Part shown: one piece after another, positions 1 through 12,149 of the stretch
Layout: each line of letters begins with the position of its first letter
Numbering within the stretch: position 1 is the stretch's first letter
Origin: Macrostomum lignano
Lineage: Eukaryota
Direction of reading: 5' to 3'
NCBI GenBank assembly: GCA_002269645.1
Contig: NIVC01002007.1
Coordinates: 62,001-126,000, forward strand
DNA length: 64,000 nucleotides
The notes under the pieces: model-generated
The model's input: the letters and a program-made list of their open reading frames with translations, nothing else
What the model was told of the DNA's origin: nothing
Database searches by the model: none
Made by a program: the position numbers and the translations under genes

Positions 1-557
1 TCTGTGGGTCAGAGAGTTTAGGAATCTGTTGGCCAGAGTTTAGGAATCTGTGGGTCAGTGAGTTTAGGAATCTGTGGGTCAGAGAGTTTAGGAATCTGTG
101 GGCCAGAGAGTTTAGAAATTTGTGGGTCAGTGAGTTTAGGAATCTGTGGGCCAGAGAGTTTAGGAATCTGTGGGTCAGTGAATCTAGGATTTTGTGGGCC
201 AGAGAGTTTAGGATTCTGTGGGTCAGAGAGTTTAGGAATCTGTGGGTCAGTGAGTCTAGGATTTTGTGGGTCAGAGAGTTTAGGAATCTGTGGGCCAGAG
301 AGTTTAGAAATCTGTGGGTCAGTGAGTTTAGGAATCTGTGGGTCAGAGAGTTTAGGAATCTGTGGGTCAGAGAGTTTAGGAATCTGTGGGTGAGAGAGTT
401 TAGGAATTTGTGGGTCAGTGAGTTTAGGAATTTGTGGGTCAGTGAGTTTAAAAATCTGTGCGTCACTGAATTTAGGAATCTGTGGGTCAGTGAGTTTAGG
501 AATCTGTGGGTCAGTGGGTCCAGGAATCTGTGGATCAATGAGGATTCTGTGGGTCAG
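1..557. repeat. 24-bp minisatellite (tctgtgggtcagagagtttaggaa), truncated by window start
   Basis: About 22 tandem units read directly. The ORFs over it (KLSDPQIP repeats etc.) are 8-aa periodic artefacts. Confidence 0.95.
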
Positions 558-1126
558 TTGGTCTAGTAGCCTACGAAGTATGTGACTTACAAATGATTTG
601 GTTAGAGATGAATGAACAATTTTTTTTTCGATTTCTTCTGCAATTAAAACCTCCAAATCTTTACCAGAGACTGACGAAATCCGTGGTCGCACGCTGGTTC
701 AGGAGTTGTTTGCGAAAGTCTGCCGTCTATTCGTCTTCGTTTCCATGGCGACGATGTCGTTGGGTTGTTGCCATAGAAACAACAAATGCGACGCTTGCCG
801 CTATTTTGAGCTGTTGAGAGCATCAATATAGATTGCGCTTAACAGACTCTGACGAGAAGATCTCGCCAAAAGTCGGGCCCGAAATCAGCATCTGGAGGCG
901 TAGTGAGTTCTTAAATTGAAAAGGAAATTTATTAGGATCCCTCCTTGAGGAGGAAAATCATGGAGATCTGTAAACCCGTCGAAAGTTGAGTGCGAGGATT
1001 TTACTGAAATAATGAAAAAAGGTTTGAATTACTAAAACACAGTTTTGATGTTTCGGACGATTTTTTTGTTGAAAACTCGAAACAAAATATGATTTTTCGA
1101 TGCACCGAAATTGTTACAAACAAAGA

Positions 1127-1752
1127 CTACTCAGGTAAACTACGTTTCTCGGAAAATTTTACGTGGCAGGTTTTACCGAAATAATGCATTACGAAATAGG
1201 AGGTTTTCATTTTTCAACAAAAAAATCATTTTTTTGCGTTTGATATAGAAGAGAAACCTAATGGTCATATTTGGCTACGTCTGGCTTCTCTTATAGCTAG
1301 CTATTGATATTCATAGAGTTTTTTGTTAAGAAAATTAGGATTCTATGTTAATTTTATGTCCAACGTATAATCGCACATGTACTGCGGCTGAAAATCGCAA
1401 AAATGGCATTATAGCTACACTCATTCATTTAATTAATCTATTTTATGATTTCTAGATTTAATGACTGTGTAACAAAACGTGTACAGAATGATACAATGGA
1501 TTCATAAAACGTACGTACGTTATAAAATTAACATAGAATCCTAATTTTCTAAATGAAAAGCTTTATGAATATCAATATAGAGCTATAAGAAAGTCAAGAC
1601 ATATCAAAAGATGAAAACAGGGTCTGCCTTCTATCAAAAGCAATTTTTTCATTCTAAAAATGAAAACCTCCCCTCTCCGTAATGTATTTTTTTCTATAAA
1701 ATCAGCCTCCTAAATTTTCTAAGAAACCTACTTTTCCGTCCTACTTGAGTAG
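1127..1752. mobile_element. Foldback/MITE-like element with long imperfect inverted arms
   Basis: Perfect 29-bp inverted match between 1329-1357 (agaaaattaggattctatgttaattttat) and 1522-1550. Further imperfect arm matches: aggttttcattttt / aaaaatgaaaacct and ctactcagg / cttgagtag. One arm recurs at about 7830-7995. Confidence 0.65.
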
Positions 1753-2222
1753 TCCTTGCTTACAAAATAAAAAAATAGAAATTTTTGAAACTAGCTTCTT
1801 AAATAGAAGCATTTATTATCAAAACAGCATCATTATTTTACTGAAATAATTATCTTATTGCAAGAGATAGTAAATATGAAGTCCGGATTGTCACTTTTAA
1901 GTGAAAAGATTGAATGAAAAGTAAATTTAAATCCAAAAGCAATATTAACAATTTAAGCATTATGTTAAACTTTCTAAAATGTTTCTAAATTTCGACAATA
2001 ATGAAAAACAGGTTACAAATGGAATATGGTAGATATCTGTATATCTGTAGATTCAGGTATTAAGATATATGATATGAAGTTAAAATTTTCTAATATTACA
2101 TTTGAGCTTTTGTGAAAAGGCTAAATTCAGATGAAATCGAAAATAAAAATGCAGCCAATTGTTTATGCTGAACATTTGTGAATTAGCTCGCAAATATACT
2201 AAACGCCCAATGGCCTGCAAAA

Positions 2223-2520
2223 CAAAATATGCTATTATTGACGATGCAGATAATACCTAGTAATCCACATGTTTTTACTCGTTAAGTCGAGATTGCACGC
2301 GACAGCACAGCACAGGACGATAATTGTTAGATAAAATTAAATATCAGCGCGATAAATTAACGAAAATAATCTGAGGTCACAAAATATGCTATTATTGACG
2401 ATGCAGATAATACCTAGTAATCCACATGTTTTTACTCGTTAAGTCGAGATTGCACGCGACAGCACAGCACAGGACGATAATTGTTAGATAAAATTAAATA
2501 TCAGCGCGATAAATTAACGA
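2223..2520. repeat. 157-bp tandem duplication (2 near-identical copies)
   Basis: caaaatatgctattattgacgatgcag...gataaattaacga occurs at 2223-2363 and 2380-2520. Confidence 0.9.
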
Positions 2521-4157
2521 GAAAGTTCATTCTAAATTTATTAAATTGGTTTAAGTAAAATAAAAAATTAAAACTCTTTAGTGCTAGAAGCCTGGAATGA
2601 TGTCAGCTGCAACATATAATTTTTGTTTTACTAATTAAGCATAAATATTACGCGTAAGGCTATTATATTGTCAAACAGTATTTTTGTTCATTCTAATTAT
2701 CGATGGATCTAATCTTTCTCGGCGTTATTGGATAGTCAACGGTACGAGCTAAAAAAAACTTGCACGTGTGACTATTGACTAAAATTGTAAATTTAAGCAC
2801 AGTTAAACAAGAATCAAGTCACCAGCCCTCCGGACCGTCGAGATATTCGACGATTCTGCCAGAAGGTCGGATTTTTCCCATAAGCGCGCTAGTGTATTCA
2901 GTACACCCCTGCATGCGCCACTCAGCACTGCGCTTCAGTGCAGCCTTTCCAAGCCCATCAGCACGTCGATCAAATGTGTCTGCATCAGCTCTGACTTCGT
3001 TGGTCAAGCCTTCACCCAAGCGGAGCTTTACGTTATATTATTACCGATATATTCCATTCAGTGGTCTTCGTTGTATTATTTCGATTTCTTGAATTAAAAG
3101 CATTCTATTTCTCAATTTATAGAATAGTACCTATATACCCTCCGACAGACTCAATTGCAGTCTGAGCTGTTGCTGTCTAAGTGCCTAAGCGCTAAATGCG
3201 CTGGAAGTAGCGCTGGAATTAATTCAGTAATTTGCCTTAAAGCAAGGCTGCGTAAGCAAGTCGGCGATTCTCTCAGCGAGTGAGGAATAAAAAATGCACC
3301 GCGACAGGAAAATGCTCCAGAAATTGGAGACCTCTTCTTTGGAAGAGAAGGATTAACTCGACATTTCCCTCTTATATTCCGCCAGCGTTCTCAATTCCTG
3401 CTCAGCTGCGATCCCGCAGAAAGCACGCAGAGGGCCTGCAGTGTCAGGCGAATTTTCCTGCGAATTCTGGCCCGGAAGCCCGGAACTCAGATGGGGATGA
3501 CGAAAATTTATGGGCCCCTCCTGCAGTTACTCAAGGAAATGACCTTTACTACCACTGTTCGAGAACCTTTTTTAGAAAATGAATTGAAGAACCCAGAAGA
3601 TAAAATTGCTTCTATCCAGATTCAATTCTTGCATGTAGCTGGGTGCACCTACACATAGAAAAATATCACGAGGTACAACCCCAGCACCAAAATAATTTTG
3701 TCACAAAATTTCTTCAACTTTATCTTTCAAAGTAAAACTGACAGACAAAGGGGGGGCTGCCAAAAACAGTTTCAAAGACTGCAGGGTTGGTATCCCAGTT
3801 GCAGGGCCAAGCTTCATCGCAGGAACATAATTCCTGGGAGGAGGGCCTGTCAGAAGCAACTGGTCTGACATCAAAGACAGACTCCGGTTATTAGATTTGC
3901 ATGTTTTCCTTCAATGCCGCATGGCTATGGGACAGATTGAGCAGCCAATATTGAGCTGGAGGCATTGGAATTGAGTCCTGAAAATAGGATAACAAGAGGG
4001 TTCTGGGGGAAATATTTAACTGACAGTTTGAGCAACTCACTGGTGAGCACATTCATAATTGAACAACAAATTGTGCATAAATTTCTGTTTGCTCGACTCG
4101 AGCTTTGGTTAGTATGCGAGCGTAAATATTTTAATATAGATTTTTTGCGTTGAATTT

Positions 4158-4905
4158 AGGTCATTGAACAAAGGTTATCTGAGGTCATTGAACAAAGGTT
4201 ATCTGAGGTCATTGAACAAAGGTTATCTGAGGTCATTGAACAAAGGTTATCTGAGGTCATTGAACTTTCGCCAGGGGTTAGCGAAATGGGCGGCAACGCC
4301 TCCTCGCTGTTTCCGAACGCACGGAGCCACCTGCAGCTAAGTCAAGTAAGAGGTCATTGAACAAAGGTTATCTGAGGTCATTGAACAAAGGTTATCTGAG
4401 GTCATTGAACAAAGGTTATCTGAGGTCATTGAACAAAGGTTATCTGAGGTCATTGAACAAAGGTTATCTAAGGTCATTGAACAAAGGTTATCTGAGGTCA
4501 TTAAACAATGGTTATCTAAGGTCATTGAACAAAGGTTATCTGAGGTCATTGAACAAAGGTTATCTGAGGTCATTGAACAAAGGTTATCTGAGGTCATTGA
4601 ACAAAGGTTATCTGAGGTCATTGAACAAAGGTTATCTGAGGTCATTGAACAAAGGTTATCTGAGGTCATTTAACAAAGGTTATCTGAGGTCATTGAACAA
4701 ATGTTATCTGAGGTCATTGAACAATGGTTATCTAAGGTCATTGAACAAAGGTTATCTGAGGTCATTGAACAAAGGTTATGCGGGGTCATTGAACAAAGGT
4801 TATGCGGGGTCATTGAACAAAGGTTAACTGAGGTCACTAAGCAAAAGTTATGCGGTATCATTGAACAAAGGTTACGCGGGGTCATTGAGCAAAGGTTATC
4901 CGGGT
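4158..4905. repeat. 24-bp minisatellite (gaggtcattgaacaaaggttatct) interrupted by a unique ~85-bp island
   Basis: Tandem units read directly, degenerating toward the 3' end. Unique insert at about 4265-4350. Confidence 0.95.
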
Positions 4906-5637
4906 TCATAATTTATAGTCAGGAAAAATGATTACCAGCTCATTAGCACCTGGCAAATAAGGTTTGCATATCGCCAGCTGAATAATTGAGCAGTAAGCAG
5001 CAGTTCGCTGGTGTGAGAACTGCTCTCTAGATCTCTAGTTTTAAAACCTATCACCATGTCATCCTCTGTCTCCTTATCACTTCTGTGTCAATCTCTGTCT
5101 ACAAACTTTCACCCCGAAACCATCACTCTTGTCACCCTTTAATTAGCCCTCTGCGTCACTCTCTAATTGTCACTCTGCAGTCCCTATATTTGAGCTCCCT
5201 ACTATATAAAGTATGCTTCAAATTACTTAAAAACGCATTTTTCTTCTGCCGCAACCAATCAGACTTCGCGTGGCACATGAACTCGAAAAATTATTAAGTC
5301 CCTGTCGATTCCACGAATCGAATCGAGAACTCACTGAGCAGTTTCGGATTAACAGGCGAAGCAGAGCTGAGAGCGAGAGCTCATAAGTTTTATAACCGGC
5401 AAGCAAACACGCTCGCACTACTGCAGTTCAGGATACAAGACCCAGTAAGTAGCTGAAAGGCAAATTAGTTCTGAATGTGCAGCCCTCACCAGCCACTGAT
5501 TAATTGATTTGTAAATACAAGCAATATGCTCCGACTTCTGCTCAGGTCGAACAGCAGTTCAGATTGCCAGCTGGTTGAGAGAGGCAACTCTCTGTCGTAT
5601 GAGCTCAGACTGAGTCCTTCGATAGATACAGGGGTTT

Positions 5638-6030
<393 letters not shown>

Positions 6031-6435
6031 CAGTAAAACAGGCAAAACGGAAATGAAGTGAATCTGGAGATTCTACATGAAGAATCTCTCTGAGTCCCGC
6101 CCACCTCTAGTCAGGCCAATAAGTCACTCGCAGGGCCTGACTCGAGCTGCGAGTTCCAGTTAATTCGCTCAGAACAAGCCAAGAAAGACAGCGGCGCACC
6201 TGGATATGTTTACAGATTGTATTGCGTTAAACCCTACTCCCCATAATATAATACGAACAAGGTACCCCAAATCGTTACTGTTACTTTTATAAGTTATATC
6301 TGCTTCAGTTGGTTAAAGTTTTAATTTATGACAATTGCAATCACTATATCAATCTTGTTTTGGAGTCTAAACTAGAAATGAATTGATTTTTTAATTACTC
6401 GTACATCGGCTATAGCACATACCAGCTAAACTTAC

Positions 6436-6746
6436 AATCCACTTCGATCCTTTAAGTCGTTGGCTAGACTAGCAATCCACTTCGATTCTTTGAGTCGTTG
6501 GCTAGACTAGCAATCCACTTCGATTCTTTGAGTCGTTGGCTAGACTAGCAATCCACTTCGATTCTTTGAGTCGTTGGCTAGACTAGCAATCCACTTCGAT
6601 TCTTTGAGTCGTTGGCTAGACTAGCAATCCACTTCGATTCTTTGAGTCGTTGGCTAGACTAGCAATCCACTTCGATTCTTTGAGTCGTTGGCTAGACTAG
6701 CAATCCACTTCGATTCATTGAGTCATTGGCTAGACTAGCAATCCAT
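6436..6746. repeat. 38-bp minisatellite (gctagactagcaatccacttcgattctttgagtcgttg), about 8 copies
   Basis: Period 38 (6463 to 6501 etc.). It ends just before the acceptor cttccag upstream of the Tob ATG. Confidence 0.95.
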
Positions 6747-6776
6747 TGAACTTCCAGTTCAGTCGCCGTGCCCGCC

Positions 6777-7098
6777 ATGGACTCCGAGGTTGCCGCAGCT
6801 GTCGGGTTCATCGCCTCCTTCCTGTTCGGCCGAGTGCCTCGTCGCCGAGTCCAGCTGCTGTCCGAGGAGCTGGAGAAGGCGATTCGACTGAAGTTCACCG
6901 GCCACTGGCATGAGGACCAGCCGCTTCGGGGCGCCGGCTTCCGTTGCCTGTCAATCACCGGAAGCCGACCGGATGAACTGCTGCTGGCCTCGGCCAGGGA
7001 GGTCGGCTTGGACGTCGCCGAGCTCCTGGCGGTGCTGCCCGACGGTCTGACGCTGTGGATTGACCCCGGCGAGGTCACCTACCGGGTGGGGGAGAAGG
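6777..7098 (+). CDS. TOB: Tob/BTG family antiproliferative protein, exon 1 (BTG domain)
   Basis: MDSEVAAAVGFIASFLFGRVPRRRV..F.GHW...P.RGAGFRC..LTLWIDPGEVTYRVGEKG matches BTG Box A and Box B. Kozak gccATGg. Donor GG|GTGAG at 7098/7099, phase 1. Confidence 0.93.
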
Positions 7099-7155
7099 GT
7101 GAGCCTGGGGCGGCTTCACCGCCATGAATGTGCGCTGACGAGGGCTAAGCCGAGC

Positions 7156-7730
7156 CTACCTCTAACCTACCTCTAACCTACCTCTCACCTACCTCTAACC
7201 TACCTCTCACCTACCTCTCACCTACCTCTCACCTACCTCTAACCTACCTCTCACCTACCTCTCACCTACCTCTCACCTACCTCTAACCTACCTCTCACCT
7301 ACCTCTAACCTACCTCTCACCTACCTCTCACCTACCTCATACCTACCTCTCAGACCTCTCACCTACCTCTAACCTACCTCTCACCTACCTCTAACCTACC
7401 TCTCACCTACCTCACACCTACCTCTCACCTACCTCTAACCTACCTCTCACCTACCTCTAACCTACCTCTCACCTACCTCTAACCTACCTCTAACCTACCT
7501 CTCAGACCTCTCACCTACCTCTAACCTACCTCTCACCTACCTCTAACCTACCTCTCACCTACCTCTAACCTACCTCTCACCTACCTCATACCTACCTCTC
7601 AGACCTCTCACCTACCTCTAACCTACCTCTCACCTACCTCATACCTACCTCTCAGACCTCTCACCTACCTCTAACCTACCTCTCACCTACCTCTAACCTA
7701 CCTCTCACCTATCTCTCACCTGAAACTCAC
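7156..7730. repeat. 11-bp intronic minisatellite (cctacctctca / cctacctctaa)
   Basis: Seen directly in Tob intron 1. Confidence 0.95.
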
Positions 7731-7829
7731 CTACTCGTAACTTTCATCCAAGGACAACTTAAGTAGAAGGGCGCAACACTCAAAATCTATGGTAATTTTT
7801 TAAGGCAATTTTTCACTGAAAAATTCACT

Positions 7830-7995
7830 ACGGAGATAAGAATTTTTCATTTTTTCAGCACAAAAATTTGATATTGCTTTCGATAGGAGGCGGACCCAAT
7901 GTTCATCATTTGATATGTTGTGTCTTTCTTGTAGCTCTATTGATATTCATAAAGCTTTTTGTTCAGAAAATTGGGATTCTATGTTAATTTTTTTG
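7830..7995. mobile_element. Dispersed copy of one arm of the 1127-1752 foldback element
   Basis: ttgctttcgataggaggcggaccc..tttgatatg..tttcttgtagctctattgatattcataaagc..agaaaattgggattctatgttaatttt aligns by eye to the reverse complement of about 1520-1650. Confidence 0.65.
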
Positions 7996-8089
7996 CCTCC
8001 AAAAATTGCCATAGATTTTGAGCGTTGTGTCCTTCAACTTTCGTTGTCCTTGCTTTCACCTACATCCACACCCAAACTCAAACGCTGCC

Positions 8090-8310
8090 TCACATCCTAC
8101 CTCACACTCTACATCTCACGACCTACCTCTCACAACCTACTTACCTACCTCTCACCTACTTCACACCTTACATCTCACACCCTACATCTCACACCCTACA
8201 TCTCACACCCTACATCTCAAACCCAACATCTCACACCCTACATCTCACACCCTACATCTCAAACCCTACATCTCACACCCTACATCTCACACCCTAAATC
8301 TTACACCCTC
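8090..8310. repeat. 14-bp intronic minisatellite (cacaccctacatct) abutting the Tob exon 2 acceptor
   Basis: Seen directly. Confidence 0.9.
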
Positions 8311-8314
8311 TCAG

Positions 8315-8775
8315 GGCCGCTCCTGACGCTGTGCAGCCAGCGGTCTCAGCAGCGGCCTCAGCAGCCTCAGATGCAATTGATGCAGAAGAGCAGCTCGTCG
8401 TCCAGCTTCTTCACCGCGGCCGCCTTCGCCCAGACAAAATTCGGCAGCATCAAGCCGCGGCAGGCGGCGCCCGGTGACCGGCGCAGCGGCGGCGGCGGCC
8501 GGTTTGGGAGGAGCGGCCGGGACCTGCAGCGCAAGCCGCATCAGCTCTGCCAGCTGCCAGCCGTGCCAGCAGCCGCCGAGCCTCCACCAGCCTACAGCCG
8601 GTCCTGCTCGGCTCCTGCGGCAGATGAGACACCCGCGTTTTCAGCCGACTGCTGGGGGGCCGCATCGAGGGCCACGACGGCCGCTGCCGCTCCATGGTCC
8701 ACCGGCGGCCTGCCTGAGGTGCCGCCGTCGCCGCCGGTGCAGCACCAGATTTCAGATTCGAAGATTGGTATCTGA
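8315..8775 (+). CDS. TOB: Tob, exon 2 (low-complexity C-terminal region)
   Basis: Acceptor ctctcag|gg is phase-compatible and gives EKGPLLTL (Tob-type EKGPV..L). Contains FTAAAFAQTKFGSIK, matching the Tob-specific FTTASFAATKFGSTK motif as recalled. Stop TGA at 8773-8775. Confidence 0.85.
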
Positions 8776-8905
8776 GATTTGAAGGCTGAGATTTGAAATT
8801 TGAAGGCTGAGATTTGAGAGCTCAAGGCTGAGATTTGAGAGTTGAAAGCTGAGATTAAAAAATTAAAGGCTGAGATTTGAGATTTGAAGGCTTTAACAGG
8901 AGATT
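8770..8905. repeat. Degenerate ~21-bp repeat (ggctgagatttga...)
   Basis: About 6 imperfect copies of gctgagattt starting at the Tob stop. Confidence 0.7.
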
Positions 8906-9669
8906 TAAAGACTGATGTCTGAAGTTCGGCAATTAAATGTGGATTAAAATTTTGCTTAAAGTTTTTTAAGCACTTTCTGGACACTTCACAAGTTTCAGTG
9001 TAGGGCATTCATTCAATAGTGACCATTATTACAGTTTTGAGAATAAATGTATTTATTTCTGGTTTATGTCCGTTTTTACGTATTTGAGTAAGTTTAGCGT
9101 CAATTTTAAAGAGAAGTTACTCGTAATATAGACTACCTTGTTACCAAGAAAATTTCGGGGCACCAACTCTTCATTCTCCGCGACCTTTTAGAAGAAAAAA
9201 TAGAATTTAACTTGTGCGTTTTCACCTTTTGCTACTTGACTTCTAGTAAGCTTTTGTATTGCTAAATATTAAACAGTAGGCAGCCTCTATTAAATTAAAT
9301 TAGCATTCTTATCATTCTACTGACTCAGCTCTTTGAACCTATTCAACCTATCGAGGAATTTGAGCTTCTAAAAGCAGTATTTTAGATACAATCTTGTTCA
9401 TTGTTTCGAGGATTGAATAAAATTGATCCATTTTTGCAGTGCTGAGAGCAACCAGCTGCTCAAGCAAAAGTGTTTTTCTGTATCCCATCCGTTAAGCAAT
9501 AGTTCAAAAATTCGATTTATTGTAAAAAATGATACGAAACGCATGAAAAAACATTAAAAAAAGATTAAACAATTAGTCAGCTGTAGCGAACAGCTCAGCA
9601 CTACGAGAAAGCGTTCATCGAAAAAGTTGATTTTTGTTTTACTTAACTTACTCCGTCCCTCGTTCTTGC

Positions 9670-10050
9670 ACCCACCCCCGTTTCTCACTCCTGCACCCAC
9701 CCCACTCCCTACCTCTCACTCCTGCACCCACCCCACTCCCTACCTCTCACTCCTGCATCCACCCCACTCCCAACCTCTCACTACTGCACCCACCCCACTC
9801 CCAACCTCTCACTCCTGCATCCACCCCACTCCCAACCTCTCACTACTGCACCCACCCCACTCCCAACCTCTCACTACTGCACCCACCCCACTCCCTACCT
9901 CTCACACCTGCACCCACCCCACTCCCAACCTCTCACTCCTGCACACACCCCACTCCCAACCTCTCACTACTGCACACACCCCACTCCCCTTCTGTCACTC
10001 CTGCACCCACCCCACTCCCCTTCTGTCGCTCCTGCACCCACCACACTACC
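9670..10050. repeat. 31-bp minisatellite (cacccaccccactccctacctctcactcctg) between convergent Tob and ZNF106-like 3' ends
   Basis: Period 31 (9721 to 9752). The ORFs over it are artefacts. Confidence 0.92.
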
Positions 10051-10365
10051 CATCCCTCATATCATGTAGCCACCCCGAATTCCCAGTAATTTCTTCCAGG
10101 TGCAAAGTATTTTAGGAATCGGAAGCTTACTACCTATATCGGTATCAGGAACTGGAAAGATTAAGGCACAATAGTATTAAAAATGATGAGCCAATAACTT
10201 TAAGTCTTTTTGCTACCTAACGGTGGATTGATAAATATACGAGCGTAATCACAAAAACTTATCAAAAATGCGACTACACTACTACTGAAAATGTTTTATA
10301 AGTATTATAAGTGCGCAACACACAAAATTTGAACTAAAATCATTCGGGCTGAAAATCGGAGGCTC

Positions 10366-11026
10366 TCAGACCAGCCCGAGGTTCAACATCGGCACTTTCG
10401 ACGACGAGTCAGCTGGCGGCGCCGGCAGCGGCACCGGAAGGCTGTCGCTGATGACCAGACAGCCGGAGGCGTCGCCGCTGACCACGTGACGCCCAACGTC
10501 GTAGAAGGCGATGGTCGTCACCGCGGACCCGGAGGTGCTCGGAGTCAGGCGGACTGTTGGCACATCCGGGAAGGCTTGAGGCTGCTGCTGTTGGTCCAAA
10601 CAGAAGCAGAGTACAGAGCCGTCTGATTGGCCAGCGAACAGCCAATCACAGCGCAGGCCGAGGTGCAGGCAGGTGAACTCGGCTTGGCCAACGGCCGGCA
10701 GCTCCCAGATCGGCGTCGGCGAAGCTTCGCTTTCGCCGAAGGAGATCCGGTGGGCCAGCAGACGCCGGCGGTTGACAACGAAGGCGACGTCGCCGCCGGG
10801 TGCGACGCGGATCGCCAGCGCCGGCCCATCGTCCAGGGCGACGCCGCTGCTCCTGCATGGTGCCAGCCGGGCCAGCAGCTTCCCGGTGCGCTCGTCGGCC
10901 ACCAGGAGGTCCGGCGTGGCGCGGCAGCCGCGCAGGAGAACTCGGCGACCGCCTGGCTGCTGCAGAGCCGCTTCGAGAGAGACAACAGCGCCCCCCTCAG
11001 CTTCATCCACCGAGTCTATGATTGTT
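10366..11026 (-). CDS. ZNF106: ZNF106-like protein, exon 5 (WD40-like repeats, apparent terminal exon)
   Basis: WD-like strings FTCLHLGLRCDWLFAGQSDGSVLCF and VTTIAFYDVGRHVVSGDASGCLVI. Acceptor gttccag|a at 11027/11026 is phase-compatible with exon 4. Confidence 0.7.
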
Positions 11027-11049
11027 CTGGAACATTGGGAAGATGAAGC

Positions 11050-11362
11050 GTTGTTGCTATGGTCTCAGGTTACTTTTACTATGGTCTCCTGTTGCTATGG
11101 TTTCCTGTTGCTATGGTTTCCTGTTGCTATGGTCTCCTGTTGCTATGGTCCCGGGTTCCTGTTGCTATGGTCTCAAATTGTTTTTGTTAAGGTCTCGAGT
11201 TCCTGTTGCTATGGTCCCGGGTCCCTGTTGCTATGGTCTCAGGTTACTGTTGCTATGGTCTCCTGTTGCTATGGTCTCCTGTTGCTATGGTCCCGGGTTC
11301 CTGTTGCTATGGTCTCAAGTTGTTGTTGTTATGGTCTCGAGTTCCTGTTGCTATGGTCTCGG
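11050..11362. repeat. Intronic minisatellite (cctgttgctatggtc variants)
   Basis: Fills ZNF106-like intron 4. The CCYG-repeat ORFs are artefacts. Confidence 0.9.
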
Positions 11363-11378
11363 GTCCTAGGCCACTCAC

Positions 11379-11879
11379 CTGACCGAGTCGGCCGCCACGT
11401 CGTACTTAACTACGCGTCCATTCTCGCAGCCGGCGTACACCGAGCCCCAGCGCAGGCAGGCAGCGGTGGGGGCGGACTCCAGCTGCCGCAGGCGCATCCG
11501 CGCTCCGGTGCGGACGTCGTGGCCAACCAGGGCGGTGGCCTCGGCGAAGAACAGCAGCGGCTCGGCTGTCGACGTCAGGAGCAGCCAGGTTGAGGCCTCG
11601 GCTCCGGCGCTGGGCTCTCGGTAGACAGTCAGGCATCGGTGGGTGCGCAGCGAGTAGCGCCTAACAGCGCCATCCGCGCCGGCGGTGAACAAGTAGCCCT
11701 GCTGTACAGCGGCGCAGAGAACCGCGCCTGCCGTGGCGTCGCTGTCAGCAGCGTCGTCAGCCGCCGAGATTCGGCCGGGGAACACGAGTCCCGGGGCCGA
11801 CGACGCGGAGGAGGAGGCTTCGGCCGCGCCGGCGGCGCCGCTGCGGAACGACTTGGCCGTCGATGAGGAGTCGAGCGAC
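11379..11879 (-). CDS. ZNF106: ZNF106-like protein, exon 4 (WD40 repeats)
   Basis: VLCAAVQQGYLFTAGADGAVRRYSLRTHRCL and WGSVYAGCENGRVVKYD are WD40-like. Acceptor caacag|g, donor AG|GTGAGT. Confidence 0.75.
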
Positions 11880-11899
11880 CTGTTGGGTGGTATATCAGC

Positions 11900-12035
11900 G
11901 GTGGGTCAGCGGTGGTCAGAGGTGGGTCAGCGATGGGTCAGTGATGGGTCAGAGGTGGGTCAGAGGTGGGTCAGAGGTGGGTCAGCGATGGGTTAGAGTT
12001 GGGTCAGCAGTGGGTCAGCGGTGGGTCAGCGGTTC
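11900..12035. repeat. Short intronic repeat (gtgggtcag/a variants)
   Basis: Seen directly in ZNF106-like intron 3. Confidence 0.8.
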
Positions 12036-12149
12036 CTAGGAGGCATTGGTTTCCTTGGTCAGTGACTTGGCCCACGGATCAGTCAGTAGGTCAGTGGGTC
12101 ATTGAATGCAAAGACTCATTGGCAGGTAAATCAAGGGGGCCTGACAAAC

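Noticed and set aside
18-692. Long ORFs with perfect peptide repeats (also at 4.3, 5.6, 9.6, 34.1, 38.5, 40.7, 41.9, 42.9, 43.9, 45.6, 48.0 and 56.3 kb)
   Set aside because: They are open in several frames on both strands and track tandem DNA repeats exactly, so they are not evidence of coding.
6436-6746. CRISPR-like appearance of the 38-bp repeat (also the 53-bp and 34-bp arrays)
   Set aside because: Units are head-to-tail with no unique spacers, no cas genes are present, and the context is eukaryotic and intronic.
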